Assembly: GCA_020352495.1 (NCBI GenBank)
Contig: CP070677.1
Location: 3,678,924-3,742,923 of the forward strand
Length of the DNA stretch: 64,000 nt
From: Candidatus Latescibacterota bacterium
Lineage (GTDB): Bacteria; Krumholzibacteriota; Krumholzibacteriia; WVZY01
Direction of reading: 5' to 3'
A model generated the notes under the pieces. The model was not told where the DNA came from, ran no database searches, and saw only the letters and a program-made list of their open reading frames with translations. This document shows, piece after piece, positions 35,349 through 45,471 of this stretch. How positions within the stretch are numbered: the first letter of the stretch is position 1; the number at the start of each line of letters is the position of its first letter. Both the position numbers and the translations under genes were made by a program.

Positions 35349-35783
35349 ATGAAACGAATATCACTTGTCCTGGTGTTTGTTTTGGTGTTGTTTGCCTTCC
35401 GCCCCTCTTTTGCAGACTCATATGCGGTCAGCTATTCCCCGTGGGTGTACGTGTACGCCGGGGCTTTGATCGTCAACAGCGGGACTGCTCTTGGCAACGG
35501 GATCTCGGTGGCGACCGGCAATGCCGATCGACGTAACGGACAGTTTGGATTCGTGATTGGTGCGGCGTCCACCGTTTTAGCCGGGGTGATGTATGGCGTG
35601 GATCACGAGAGCGAATATTCAGAGGAGGCGGCGCTGATGCTTGGGGGCACTGGGTTGGTCGCGGCCGTGGCGGGCGCGCTTGCCATAAGAACAGCAAACA
35701 GACAAGAGACGGCTTCCCGATTTTCACCGACGGTGTGGCCCCGGAGGCGCGGGGTATCGGTTGGATTGACGATTCAATTTTGA
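35349..35783 (+). CDS. small secreted/membrane hypothetical protein
   Basis: signal MKRISLVLVFVLVLFAFRPSFA; Gly/Ala-rich hydrophobic segments; ends in Phe. Confidence 0.45.
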   Translation: MKRISLVLVFVLVLFAFRPSFADSYAVSYSPWVYVYAGALIVNSGTALGNGISVATGNADRRNGQFGFVIGAASTVLAGVMYGVDHESEYSEEAALMLGGTGLVAAVAGALAIRTANRQETASRFSPTVWPRRRGVSVGLTIQF

Positions 35784-35942
35784 AAAGTGGTGCACGCGTC
35801 GTAGCCAACTGTCTTTTGTCCTGCAAGACATACGTCACAGATTCCAGTGAGATCCGGGCGATGCAACAGAAACGTGTTGCGCCGGTCTTCCCTCAAAAAG
35901 TCCAAGACCGCAAAATGGCGAAAACCGTGAAGGAGTTGTTAG

Positions 35943-37259
35943 ATGGCAAAACCGATCGTTGATATCAAGGAACCCAAGGGGAAACTCGGTGTGCTGCTTC
36001 CCGGGATGGGGGCGGTGGCGACGACTTTTGTCGCAGGCGTGGAATCGATCCGCCGCGATCTCGCCAAGCCCTTTGGTTCGCTGACTCAAATGGGTACGAT
36101 CCGCCTCGGTAAGCGAACCGACAATCGTTCACCATTGATCAAGGACTTCGTCCCCCTCGCCGATCTTGCGGATCTCGAGTTCGGCGGGTGGGACATCTAC
36201 GAGGACAACTGTTATGACGCGGCGGTAAACGCTGGCGTGCTCCGCAAAGAGAACCTCGATCCAATCAAAGATTTCCTGGGAACGATTCGTCCGATGAGCG
36301 CCGTCTTTGACACGCGTTATGTAAAAAAGCTCGACGGCCCCAACAAAAAGAAGGGCTCGAATTGGTACGAGCTCGCCGAACAGGTCAAGTCCGACATGGA
36401 AAGCTTCAAGAGAGACAATGACATCGACAGGTTGGTGATGATCTGGTGTGGCAGCACCGAGGTGTACACCACGCCAAAGCCGGTGCACGAAACGATCAAG
36501 GCCTTCGAAGAGGGATTGAAGAAAAACGATCCTTCGATCGCACCGAGCATGGTCTACGCGTACGCGGCGATTTCGTCGGGGATTCCATATGCGAACGGCG
36601 CACCCAACCTCACGGCGGATATTCCCGCTCTTGTCGAGCTCGCCCGCGAGATGCACGTGCCGATTTGTGGGAAGGATTTCAAAACCGGTCAGACCCTGAT
36701 GAAGACGATTATCTCCCCCGGCTTGAAGGCGCGGCTTCTCGGTCTCAACGGATGGTTTTCGACAAACATCCTCGGCAACCGCGACGGAGAAGTCCTGGAT
36801 GACCCGGAGTCGTTCAAGACCAAAGAGATGAGCAAGCTTTCCGTGCTCGATACGATCCTTCAGCCACAGCTCTATCCGGACCTTTACGGGGATTTTTATC
36901 ACAAGGTTCGGATCAATTATTATCCGCCCCGCGGTGACAACAAGGAGGGTTGGGACAACATCGATATCTTCGGGTGGTTGGGATACCCCATGCAGATCAA
37001 GATCGACTTCCTCTGCCGGGACAGCATTCTCGCTGCGCCGATCGTACTGGATTTGGCGTTGTTCCTCGACTTCGCGAAGCGCGCGGATCTATCGGGGATC
37101 CAGGAGTGGCTGTCGTTTTACTTCAAAAGCCCACAATGCGCGCCCGAGCTCTACCCGGAGCACGATCTGTTCATCCAGCTCATGAAGCTCAAAAATTATC
37201 TCCGTCACATCATGGGTGAAGAGCTGATCACACACCTCGGGTACGAGTACTACGAGTAG
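35943..37259 (+). CDS. myo-inositol-1-phosphate synthase family protein
   Basis: 438 aa; overall similarity to bacterial/archaeal MIPS (GVLLPGMGAVATTFVAG..., ...NGAPN...); adjacent to IMPase gene. Confidence 0.65.
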   Translation: MAKPIVDIKEPKGKLGVLLPGMGAVATTFVAGVESIRRDLAKPFGSLTQMGTIRLGKRTDNRSPLIKDFVPLADLADLEFGGWDIYEDNCYDAAVNAGVLRKENLDPIKDFLGTIRPMSAVFDTRYVKKLDGPNKKKGSNWYELAEQVKSDMESFKRDNDIDRLVMIWCGSTEVYTTPKPVHETIKAFEEGLKKNDPSIAPSMVYAYAAISSGIPYANGAPNLTADIPALVELAREMHVPICGKDFKTGQTLMKTIISPGLKARLLGLNGWFSTNILGNRDGEVLDDPESFKTKEMSKLSVLDTILQPQLYPDLYGDFYHKVRINYYPPRGDNKEGWDNIDIFGWLGYPMQIKIDFLCRDSILAAPIVLDLALFLDFAKRADLSGIQEWLSFYFKSPQCAPELYPEHDLFIQLMKLKNYLRHIMGEELITHLGYEYYE

Positions 37260-37411
37260 GTTGTCGGTTACGGAGAACTGCCAGAGCAGAGGCCAGGCGG
37301 CGGGTCCATCACGGGTCCGCCGCTTGTGTATTGATTGCGATCGATTGGCAGCCGTCGATCGTCCCAGACTCGATGCGTGGGGGTTGCGAGGTCGATAGTG
37401 TGTGTAGAGCG

Positions 37412-37536
37412 CAGGTGTAGTGGGGGTGCGCCGGCGAGTTCCGCAGCGCGCCGATGCCGCGAATGTTGTGCGAATCCTCGAGACGTTCAGTCGGCGCGCG
37501 AGGACTGTATGAGCCGCCGTACCCCCACTACGCCTG
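37412..37536 (+). repeat. structured intergenic element, copy B
   Basis: outer stem CAGGTGTAGTGGGGGT/ACCCCCACTACGCCTG; same conserved cores as copy A with one substitution (CTGTATGAG); different central loop. Confidence 0.5.
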
Positions 37537-37582
37537 AGCCACCAGTGTCACTTCCTCCCCCGGTTCGACGCATCAAGGTTGG

Positions 37583-38452
37583 CTAAGGCAGGTCGATCAC
37601 ACCCACGGCGTTTCGTGCTCTTTCTCCGATGTCCTCGCCCGCGTCAATGCTCCCCAATACGCGGCGGTGTACACGGATTGTTCCGATCTCCCAATCGCCG
37701 TTCGTGTGTTTGTGTCCGTTGATACAGTGGGTCACTTTCGAGTTGGCCCGAAGTGTATTCCCCAGAGTCTCGCTTCCCGTATAGGCATCGAGATAATACG
37801 GTGGGTCGGATCTCGGAAACGTCTCGACAAACGGGAGCGTATGGATCACCGCCACGATGCGATCGACCTTGTCCTCGATCCCCTCGAGATCAGTCTTGAG
37901 GCAGTCGCAAAGCTCGGCACAGAGGTCCTGGTCCCGCATCCGTTTTTTGTCCGGTGTCGTCCGCGTCGCGCGAGGCGGGGGCCAGAATGTCATCTCCTTG
38001 TCCCACCAGATCTCGTCTTCGTACTGTCCCCGCCAGTAGTCGTCTGCCGTGAGGCCGAGCCGCGGGTCGGCAAACGAGTAGTCGTACCAGCCGAGAGACC
38101 CCACAAACCCCGTATCACCGATTATCACGGGTTCCTGACCGAGGTCGTGAAACCCGTATTCGCGACATGCCTCGGGAATGTGTTTCTCATATTTCGTCCG
38201 GCTGTCCAATGACGTACCGTTACGACGCTCGATCCAAACGTCGTGATTGCCAGGGACAAAGAGCTTGGCAACAGCGAGCTCGGAGAAAAGCGCCAGCGTT
38301 TTCTCGAGGTCACCGATCGTGTTGCCAACATCTCCCGCCAGTACGATCACCTCCGGTTCGAGACCACCCATGGCGGCTGCCATCGCTTTCGCCGCCTCTC
38401 GATTCCGTGGCGATGTGTCGATGTGGATGTCCGATGTGTGCGCGATTCTCAT
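37583..38452 (-). CDS. metallophosphoesterase (calcineurin-like)
   Basis: MRIAHTSDIHID, VLAGDVGN, GNHD motifs. Confidence 0.8.
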   Translation of the reverse strand: MRIAHTSDIHIDTSPRNREAAKAMAAAMGGLEPEVIVLAGDVGNTIGDLEKTLALFSELAVAKLFVPGNHDVWIERRNGTSLDSRTKYEKHIPEACREYGFHDLGQEPVIIGDTGFVGSLGWYDYSFADPRLGLTADDYWRGQYEDEIWWDKEMTFWPPPRATRTTPDKKRMRDQDLCAELCDCLKTDLEGIEDKVDRIVAVIHTLPFVETFPRSDPPYYLDAYTGSETLGNTLRANSKVTHCINGHKHTNGDWEIGTIRVHRRVLGSIDAGEDIGERARNAVGVIDLP

Positions 38453-38779
38453 TGATGTCGCTCCCCCCTTGTCCCGATCCTCTCATACTCCCGGTTATGC
38501 AACGTGTGTGTGATCCACGTTGGCGCCACTTCCCTTACTGGCCCACGGCCCTCACCCGAGTCCCTCGCGCCTCACGGCGGATTTCACTCACTGCTCGGGA
38601 CCGTCTCGGGCCGGCCAGGACCTATCTGCGACTACGATTTATACCCGGCCCTGTACCGACTTGTCAAACAACCGTTGGTGGGCCATGGTGAATTGCGCTT
38701 GCTCCAACGTGCCCCCGTTATTACCATTCAACTGCGTTATCCACAACTAGAATTATCGAACCGGAGGAGGTATTCGATT

Positions 38780-39622
38780 ATGAACGCGCTCAAGACGACG
38801 TTTCTCATGGCGTTGATGACCGTGCTTTTGGTGATCATCGGTCAACTGATCGGTGGTCGAGGCGGCGCGGTGATCGCCCTTGTTGTCGCCGCAGTGATGA
38901 ACTTTGTCGCCTACTGGTCGAGTGACAAAATCGCGCTCGCCAGATACCGGGCTCAGGAGGTCACCCGCGAACAGGCACCTCGCCTTTATTCGATCGTCGA
39001 ACGCCTCGTTGCAAACGCCGGATTACCGATGCCCCGTGTATACATTATCCCCTCGCAAACACCCAACGCATTCGCAACGGGGCGCGATCCCCAACATGCC
39101 GCCGTCGCGATCACAGAGGGCGCGCTCAGTCTTCTCGACGAGAATGAGGTCGCCGGCGTGATCGGGCACGAACTCGCCCACATCAAGAATCGCGACATAC
39201 TGATCTCTTCGATAGCGGCCACACTTGCCGGTGCCATCACGATGCTCGCCATGTGGGCGCGCTTCGCCGCGATTTTTGGCGGGGGCCAGGGTGGCGAGCG
39301 GAGGGGCGGTGGTCTCGAGCTTTTGGTCATGGCGATCGTTGCACCCATCGCCGCAATGCTCATCCAGATGGGGATATCGCGTTCCCGCGAGTACATGGCC
39401 GACGCCGGTGGGGCAAAATTCGCCAACGACCCGCGAGGACTTGCCAACGCGCTGCTGAAGCTCGATGACTATGCGAAACGCCGTCCGATGAATGCATCGC
39501 CCACCACGGCACACATGTTCATCGTCAACCCGCTTCGAGGTGGCGGAATCGCGGGTTTGTTCAGCACGCACCCGCCGACGGAAGAACGGGTGAGGCGTCT
39601 TCGCGAGGCCAGGCTGGGATAA
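38780..39622 (+). CDS. htpX: protease HtpX (M48 family membrane zinc metalloprotease)
   Basis: start MNALK preceded by GGAGGAGG RBS; two N-terminal TM helices; [10 protein letters not shown]; C-terminal [14 protein letters not shown]. Confidence 0.85.
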   Translation: MNALKTTFLMALMTVLLVIIGQLIGGRGGAVIALVVAAVMNFVAYWSSDKIALARYRAQEVTREQAPRLYSIVERLVANAGLPMPRVYIIPSQTPNAFATGRDPQHAAVAITEGALSLLDENEVAGVIGHELAHIKNRDILISSIAATLAGAITMLAMWARFAAIFGGGQGGERRGGGLELLVMAIVAPIAAMLIQMGISRSREYMADAGGAKFANDPRGLANALLKLDDYAKRRPMNASPTTAHMFIVNPLRGGGIAGLFSTHPPTEERVRRLREARLG

Positions 39623-39728
39623 TCGAACGGAGTATGTGGCGCGGGGACGGTGTGGGCACGCCGCGTCGTGTGAGGATGGTGAGGATGTGATGCGCGGCGG
39701 GGGATGGTGTGAACGTAACGCGCGGCGG

Positions 39729-39849
39729 GGGATGGTGAGGGTACGCCGGCGAGTTCCGCAGCGCGCCGATGCTCCGATTGCTGCCGGAATTCTCAAAACG
39801 CTCGGTCGACGCGCGAGGACTGTCTGAGCCGCCGTGCCCTCACCATCCC
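39729..39849 (+). repeat. structured intergenic element, copy C (plus adjacent direct repeats)
   Basis: outer stem GGGATGGTGAGGGTAC/GTGCCCTCACCATCCC; cores as A/B with CGGCGCG->CGACGCG; preceded by 2-3 direct repeats GCGCGGCGGGGGATGGTG (39690-39745). Confidence 0.5.
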
Positions 39850-39976
39850 TAAGCAAAAACCTTCTGTCTCGACCACGGAGAAACAACGGACAAACAAAAC
39901 GCCCCCCGGTGTTCCGCTTTCGGGGGGCGCATCCATGCAGCGTGTTGCGCATGGGCCTTGTACCACAGCCCTTGGG

Positions 39977-41170
39977 TTAGGGTGAACCCATTTCCAACTG
40001 GCTTGCCATCATCTGTTCGCGCTTTTTCAGCTGGGCCTGCCGTGTGATCTGTTTCTGTGCATAGTCGCTCCACGGATCCTCATGGAGCTCGACCGCTTTG
40101 ACGAATTTCGAAATCGCCCCGTCGTAGTTTTTGGACTGCTCGAGGATCTTCCCCCACACACAATAGAGCCAGGCCTTTTGTACGTCCTTCGCAATCCCTT
40201 CTTTGACAATGGAAATCGCTTCGCTTCCCATCCCCGACGTGTGATAACAATCCGCCAGCGGGCCGTAAAGGTCGTCCATATCGCCGCCCAGCTGTCTCAC
40301 CTTCGCAAACTCCTCCCGCGCGTTCTTCTTGTCACCAAGGTGGTAGTAGGCAACGCCAAGATTGCGGCGAGCTTTTGTGTTCTCCGGTTCGAGTACGACG
40401 AGCTTTCTCAGAGGATCGAGGGCCGCCTGATAGTTTTTCTCTTTAATATGAATCACTCCAAGTTTTCCGAGCAGCGCGGGGTTGTCCGGCTCGAGCTCCA
40501 GCGCTTTTTCGATGAGCGCCCTCACGCTGCCGTTGCCACCCTGCTTGGCTTCTATCTTGGCCAATGCGACGATCACGTCCGTGTTTTTTGGGTCGAGCTC
40601 CATCGCTCGCCGATAATAATGAGACGCGGCGTTTAGATTTCCGAGCTTTCCCTCGAGAAACGCGATTTGCTTAAGAGCCTCAAAATCCTCTCCCTTGGTC
40701 TCGAGGATCAACCTGTAGCACGCTTTGGCGTCGTCGAACTGCGCCAACCGAATATGGTTATACGCTTTTCTCGAGTAGACCGCCTCGGGAGCGACGCCGA
40801 GCGAAAGCGCTTTCTCGTAGGCTTCGTTGGACCCCGCAAAATCATCTATCATGGACCGGCAGTAACCGAGCAACATCCATCCCTGCACGTACTGAGGATA
40901 GTATTCCGTGAGCTCGAGTGCAGCCTTGGACGCGGCCTCGAAGTTCTTCGATTGCATGTGGCTTTCTATGGTCGAGACCATCCCGTCCGCTTTGGTAGCA
41001 AAGGCGGGCTCGCCACCCATCGTGGGTTGGCTGCTGTAACCTTCGCCGGCGGCACTGGAGACGGGATTGGCAAGGGAGGCGGGAGCCCAGAGAGATCCAA
41101 CACCGGTCGCGAGACCGGCCACGAGGAGGGCGTAAATTAACCCCATATACACGGTCGATGTCTTACGCAT
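39977..41170 (-). CDS. secreted tetratricopeptide (TPR) repeat protein
   Basis: signal MRKTSTVYMGLIYALLVAGLATGVGSLWA; multiple TPR units (AYYHLGDKKNAREEFAKV..., ALLGKLGVIHIKEKNYQAA...). Confidence 0.8.
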   Translation of the reverse strand: MRKTSTVYMGLIYALLVAGLATGVGSLWAPASLANPVSSAAGEGYSSQPTMGGEPAFATKADGMVSTIESHMQSKNFEAASKAALELTEYYPQYVQGWMLLGYCRSMIDDFAGSNEAYEKALSLGVAPEAVYSRKAYNHIRLAQFDDAKACYRLILETKGEDFEALKQIAFLEGKLGNLNAASHYYRRAMELDPKNTDVIVALAKIEAKQGGNGSVRALIEKALELEPDNPALLGKLGVIHIKEKNYQAALDPLRKLVVLEPENTKARRNLGVAYYHLGDKKNAREEFAKVRQLGGDMDDLYGPLADCYHTSGMGSEAISIVKEGIAKDVQKAWLYCVWGKILEQSKNYDGAISKFVKAVELHEDPWSDYAQKQITRQAQLKKREQMMASQLEMGSP

Positions 41171-41623
41171 ACCCTTCGCTCCGATGTCTAAACAATTCCC
41201 GTGCCAAAAAGCCTTTTATTTTTGCAGACTTAGGGGAATGCCTGTGTGAGCTTCCAGAGCTCGAGGTGGGGTCAATTTTAACTAAATGAAACCCATGGGT
41301 TTTGTCAAGAAGTTCCCACGATACCGGCCAGAACCTGTCGTCGGAAGAGTCTTACGGAGCGGCCACTCCCGACCCGGGGCGCTACCGGTGTGACAACTAT
41401 GTCGACGCCAAATCGCAACCGGTGTCCACCACATTGACAACCCGCGAGTTACACACGTGAATCGTTCAAATCGGAGACTGTGTCTGCCTGCAAAGAGGCA
41501 TTTCCACCCCGGCGCGACCTGCGCGAAGCAACCCAGGTGCTGCGGGTCTTGACTTGACACCGTAAGACTCCTTTAATGGTTCTTTGGTCAGACTCGCACC
41601 ACCGGAACATCGGGGGTCTAAGG

Positions 41624-42226
41624 ATGAGATTTTTTTTGAGACCCTCGAAATACGTTGAGCCGAAAATGACGATCTCAATTTCGAAATGGATCATCACTAG
41701 ACCGGCGGTCTTCTGTCTATCGATGATCGCTTGCTTGAGCTGCACCTCCAAACAACCGACCTGGTATCAGCCTTCTTACCGTGGAGCAAAACTCGTCTAT
41801 CTGACTGACATCGAATTTGACGATGGCGACACATTTAACATCAAGGGCAAACCGATTAGAGTGCTCGGGGTCGACACCCCCGAAATTGCCCATCCCGACC
41901 TGGACATTTTCGAGAATCAGCCATACGGAGTCGCCGCCTCGGAATCGACACGCGCGTGGCTCACGCGTGCCAAGATTATCGAGGTCGTCCGAGGAGGAAA
42001 GGATCGATACGACCGGCGGCTTGCTCACGTTTTTATAGATGGTGAGCTGCTCTCCTGCCGGTTGATCCGTCACGGTCTCGCCTATGAAACGGTGAGTCAC
42101 TACGGCGACAGCGGTTTCCCCGATCTGGCCCAGGAGATTCTGGACATCTGGAGAACCTCAGAGAGACCCAAATTCGAGCCACCGTACAGATGGAAGAACA
42201 GGCAGCGCAAAAAGCGTCAACGTTAG
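41624..42226 (+). CDS. thermonuclease (SNase-like) family nuclease, probable lipoprotein
   Basis: ORF from 41576; GDTFNIKGKPIRVLGVDTPE...YDRRLAHVFIDG..GLAYE SNase motifs; possible lipobox MIACLSC. Confidence 0.75.
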   Translation: MRFFLRPSKYVEPKMTISISKWIITRPAVFCLSMIACLSCTSKQPTWYQPSYRGAKLVYLTDIEFDDGDTFNIKGKPIRVLGVDTPEIAHPDLDIFENQPYGVAASESTRAWLTRAKIIEVVRGGKDRYDRRLAHVFIDGELLSCRLIRHGLAYETVSHYGDSGFPDLAQEILDIWRTSERPKFEPPYRWKNRQRKKRQR

Positions 42227-42427
42227 AAGGATCGTGTACCAATCGGGGGGGGACCAGCGACAACGGCGATCTCAGTGGTGTGGGGAGTGGGTTCGGTGCG
42301 CCGAACATGCGATTTGCTTGAAAATTGTGACTCTATCTGATAGAATCAGCGTCGTGCAGCAAACTCCACATTTTTAGAACCTACTACGTCCAGAGTTCTC
42401 GTCCGCAGTCAATCGAAAGGATGGGAA

Positions 42428-43198
42428 ATGCTATTTGAGGACGTTCGAACCTGTGTTTTTTCCAAGATACTGACCCTCGTCACGATCCTTGCCTTCGCCG
42501 TCGTAATCGTGCTTCCCTCCCCTCTGCCGAGCCAAACCGCGGCTGACGAACAGAAGGAAGAGGTCTACAAGAAGTTCGAAGAGATCGTCACGTTGAGGGC
42601 CGACGGCGAGTACGATCGTGCCATCGAAAAGCTGACCGAGATCACAGAAGAATATACCGCATCCGATGTGGTGCTCAGACAGGCCTACCACCATCTCGTT
42701 CAAACATACCACCAAAAAGGCGACGATCTGGGGGCGAGAACCAGTGCCAGGAGCGCATTGGAGAGATTCCCCGATCTCAAAGCCGATGAGGTTTTGTTCC
42801 CGTCCTATGTGAACGACTACTACGACCAACTACGCAGGGAGATGTTTGGCTCGTTGATGATCGAGGAACCCGAAGGGTGCCGGGTCTACTTGAACGATAA
42901 ACATGTCGGGGAAACACCGCTAACACTCGAACTGGTTCGTGTCGGTGAATACAACCTCACAGTCACAAAATCCGGTTATGTAGACTATACCGACACCATT
43001 CAGATCAAACCGGAGAGGATGTTGCAGACAGAACCGCCGTTGAAACGCGAACGCGGCTGGAAATGGTGGGCCTACAGGGTCGGAGCCGGTGTTGTGGCCG
43101 TCGGCCTCCTCGCTCTGGGACTGGCTGGTCTCGGCGATGAGCAGCCACCTCCGGAGAGCGAGCCGTTGCCTGAGCCTCCGGACCCTCCGGCGAACTAA
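42428..43198 (+). CDS. PEGA domain-containing membrane protein
   Basis: N-terminal TM/signal; PEGA-like PEGCRVYLNDKHVGETPLTLELVRVGEYNLTVTKSGY; C-terminal TM helix + Pro/Glu-rich tail. Confidence 0.6.
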   Translation: MLFEDVRTCVFSKILTLVTILAFAVVIVLPSPLPSQTAADEQKEEVYKKFEEIVTLRADGEYDRAIEKLTEITEEYTASDVVLRQAYHHLVQTYHQKGDDLGARTSARSALERFPDLKADEVLFPSYVNDYYDQLRREMFGSLMIEEPEGCRVYLNDKHVGETPLTLELVRVGEYNLTVTKSGYVDYTDTIQIKPERMLQTEPPLKRERGWKWWAYRVGAGVVAVGLLALGLAGLGDEQPPPESEPLPEPPDPPAN

Positions 43199-43280
43199 AG
43201 ATGTGATCCAAGACTCCGCTAAAGATCCCAATTGCGACGACCCGATCACCCCACCCAACCTCGCCGAGCACGTCTACCGG

Positions 43281-44093
43281 TCAATCGAGCGATTCGAGGA
43301 AACGTCCCAAACCGTCGGTGTAGAGCCTCCCTGACTCGATGAACCCTGCGTTGTGATCCCCTCTTATCTCTAGAAATTCCTTTGGCTCTGAGGCGAGTTC
43401 GAACAGTCGTTGCCCGAGGTCGAACGGAACGATCTCGTCGTTTCGGCTGTGGACGATGAGCTTTGGACAGGCAAGTCCGACAATACGCTCCGTTGAATCA
43501 TATCGGATTCGCAGCAGCTGCCGAACGGGCAAGAAACGATACGCACGCTGCCCGACGTCGGCAAGGGTGGGGAAGCACGACTCGAGAATCACGGCCCGTG
43601 GTTTGTGATGCGTGGCAAGTTCCACGGCGACCGACCCGCCGAGCGACCGGCCAAAAAACACGATGTCCGTGGGATCGACCCCCTCTTCTTCTATTATATG
43701 TCGGTAGGCGGCACGGGCATCGAGATAGGTACCCGCCTCACTCACCCGTCCCCCACTTCGCCCGTACCCGCGGTAGTCGAATATAAAAACCGAAAGCCCA
43801 AGGTTACGAAATATCTGAATCGACTCGAGCCGATGGGAGATATTTCCCGCATTCCCGTGAAAAAAGAGAACGGTTCGGCGGGCTTCTGGCGCGGGCACCA
43901 ACCAACCGTGAAGCCTCACGCCGTCCTCGGTATCGAAAAAGACGTCACGGTATGTCATCCCCGCTTGGATCGGCGTGCCAAACATCCCGCGATCGGGGAA
44001 AAACACCATGTGTTTTTGAAACACAAATGCCAGTGCACAAACGAGAACGTAAGCTCCGGTAACAGCTACGAGTATCATCATCGGATGGCGCAT
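43281..44093 (-). CDS. alpha/beta hydrolase
   Basis: FFHGNAGN, nucleophile elbow GRSLGG, N-terminal TM. Confidence 0.8.
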   Translation of the reverse strand: MRHPMMILVAVTGAYVLVCALAFVFQKHMVFFPDRGMFGTPIQAGMTYRDVFFDTEDGVRLHGWLVPAPEARRTVLFFHGNAGNISHRLESIQIFRNLGLSVFIFDYRGYGRSGGRVSEAGTYLDARAAYRHIIEEEGVDPTDIVFFGRSLGGSVAVELATHHKPRAVILESCFPTLADVGQRAYRFLPVRQLLRIRYDSTERIVGLACPKLIVHSRNDEIVPFDLGQRLFELASEPKEFLEIRGDHNAGFIESGRLYTDGLGRFLESLD

Positions 44094-44225
44094 TACCCCT
44101 GTGTGTGATATGATCTACCGTTGATGACCAAACTCGGGAACATCCGGGCCCGAGTGCCCCAAATATCACCGAACAGACAACACGTGTCAAACCCGGTTCA
44201 GAACAACAGAAAAAGGAGTGGGCCC

Positions 44226-45380
44226 ATGGCCGACGAATACAGACGTATCGAAACCAAGCTTGTTCATTCCGGCGAGTATCCCCGCTACGAAGGCGCGGTC
44301 ACGACGCCGATCTTCCAGTCGGCCATGTTCGAAACCTACGGTGGCGAAGGGTATCATGATATCAAATACATCCGTTTGAACAACACCCCAAACCACGATG
44401 TGCTCCACAAAAAACTCGCCGATGTGGAGAACGCGGAGCGCGCCCTCGTCGCCTCGAGCGGTATGGCGGCGATTACCAGCACACTACTCACATTGCTCCA
44501 CGCGGGGGATCACCTGCTCATCCAGAGCACGCTTTACGGCGGCACCGACAGTTTCATCACCGATGACATCCCGGGTTTTGGGATCGAGTTCGACTTCATC
44601 GACCCGGATGACCCCGGGTCCTGGGCCTCCAAGATCAAATCAAATACAAAGGTGATCTATGTCGAGACGATTTCGAACCCGCTGATCGAGGTCGGCGACC
44701 TCAAGGCGGTCGTTGAATTCGCCAAAGCCAATGGTCTCGTCTCGATGATCGACAACACGTTTGCCAGCCCCATCAACTATCGTCCCATCGAACACGGTTT
44801 TGATCTCTCACTCCACAGCTGCACGAAGTATCTCAACGGACACTCGGATATTGTGGGAGGGGCAGTCATCGGCGGCGCTGATTTGATCGCTAGAATCAAG
44901 CACAAGATGGATCATCTTGGTTGTACGCTGGACCCGCACGCGTGTTTTCTTCTGCAACGGGGTCTGAAGACACTCGCGCTCCGTGTGAGATGGCAAAACG
45001 AGAGCGCTCTTCGGATAGCAAAGTTCCTCGAAGTACACCGGTCGGTTGGGAAAGTCAACTACCCCGGGCTCGAGTCGAACCTGTACTATGAACGCGCGCG
45101 CGAGCTTTTCGAGGGTTGCGGGGGAATGCTGAGTTTTGAGATCGCCGGTGATCTCGGCGCGGTTGACCGGTTTATGCGTAAGGCAAAGATCCCGCTCATC
45201 GCACCGAGTCTCGGTGGGACCGAGTCGCTTCTAACCCGACCCGCCGTGACGTCGCACGCGGGAATGTCTCCCGCGGACCGCGAGAAAAAAGGAATCTCGG
45301 ACACGCTCATCCGTATGTCGGTTGGCGTAGAATCGACCGACGAGCTGATCGAGGATCTCGATCAGGCGCTCGGGGGATGA
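44226..45380 (+). CDS. PLP-dependent trans-sulfuration enzyme (cystathionine gamma-synthase/beta-lyase / methionine gamma-lyase family)
   Basis: ORF from 44121; start MADEYRR; Cys/Met-metabolism PLP fold: IDNTFASP, SCTKYLNGHSDIVGG (Lys). Confidence 0.85.
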   Translation: MADEYRRIETKLVHSGEYPRYEGAVTTPIFQSAMFETYGGEGYHDIKYIRLNNTPNHDVLHKKLADVENAERALVASSGMAAITSTLLTLLHAGDHLLIQSTLYGGTDSFITDDIPGFGIEFDFIDPDDPGSWASKIKSNTKVIYVETISNPLIEVGDLKAVVEFAKANGLVSMIDNTFASPINYRPIEHGFDLSLHSCTKYLNGHSDIVGGAVIGGADLIARIKHKMDHLGCTLDPHACFLLQRGLKTLALRVRWQNESALRIAKFLEVHRSVGKVNYPGLESNLYYERARELFEGCGGMLSFEIAGDLGAVDRFMRKAKIPLIAPSLGGTESLLTRPAVTSHAGMSPADREKKGISDTLIRMSVGVESTDELIEDLDQALGG

Positions 45381-45471
45381 GCGCCATGAGAACGAGCCAG
45401 ACTCTTGTGTCTCATTCGAGGCTCACGGGCCACACTCGAACCGTTGTCCCGTGAGCTGAAATTCACGACCT

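Noticed and set aside
36129-36902. 257-aa minus-strand ORF inside the inositol-1-phosphate synthase gene
   Set aside because: Antisense artefact; the sense ORF has coherent homology.
39690-39849. Direct repeats GCGCGGCGGGGGATGGTG next to element C considered as a CRISPR-like or IS terminal repeat
   Set aside because: Only 2-3 units with irregular spacing and no cas or transposase genes in the window; better explained as part of the structured-element flank.
22397-39849. Interpretation of the 4-copy element as a MITE/IS remnant
   Set aside because: Terminal inverted repeats differ completely between copies while remaining self-complementary, there are no target-site duplications I could see, and no transposase ORF; structure-selected element is the better fit.
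39023-39952. 309-aa minus-strand ORF antisense to htpX and across structured element C
   Set aside because: Arg-rich, spans an obvious non-coding repeat, and overlaps the well-supported htpX.
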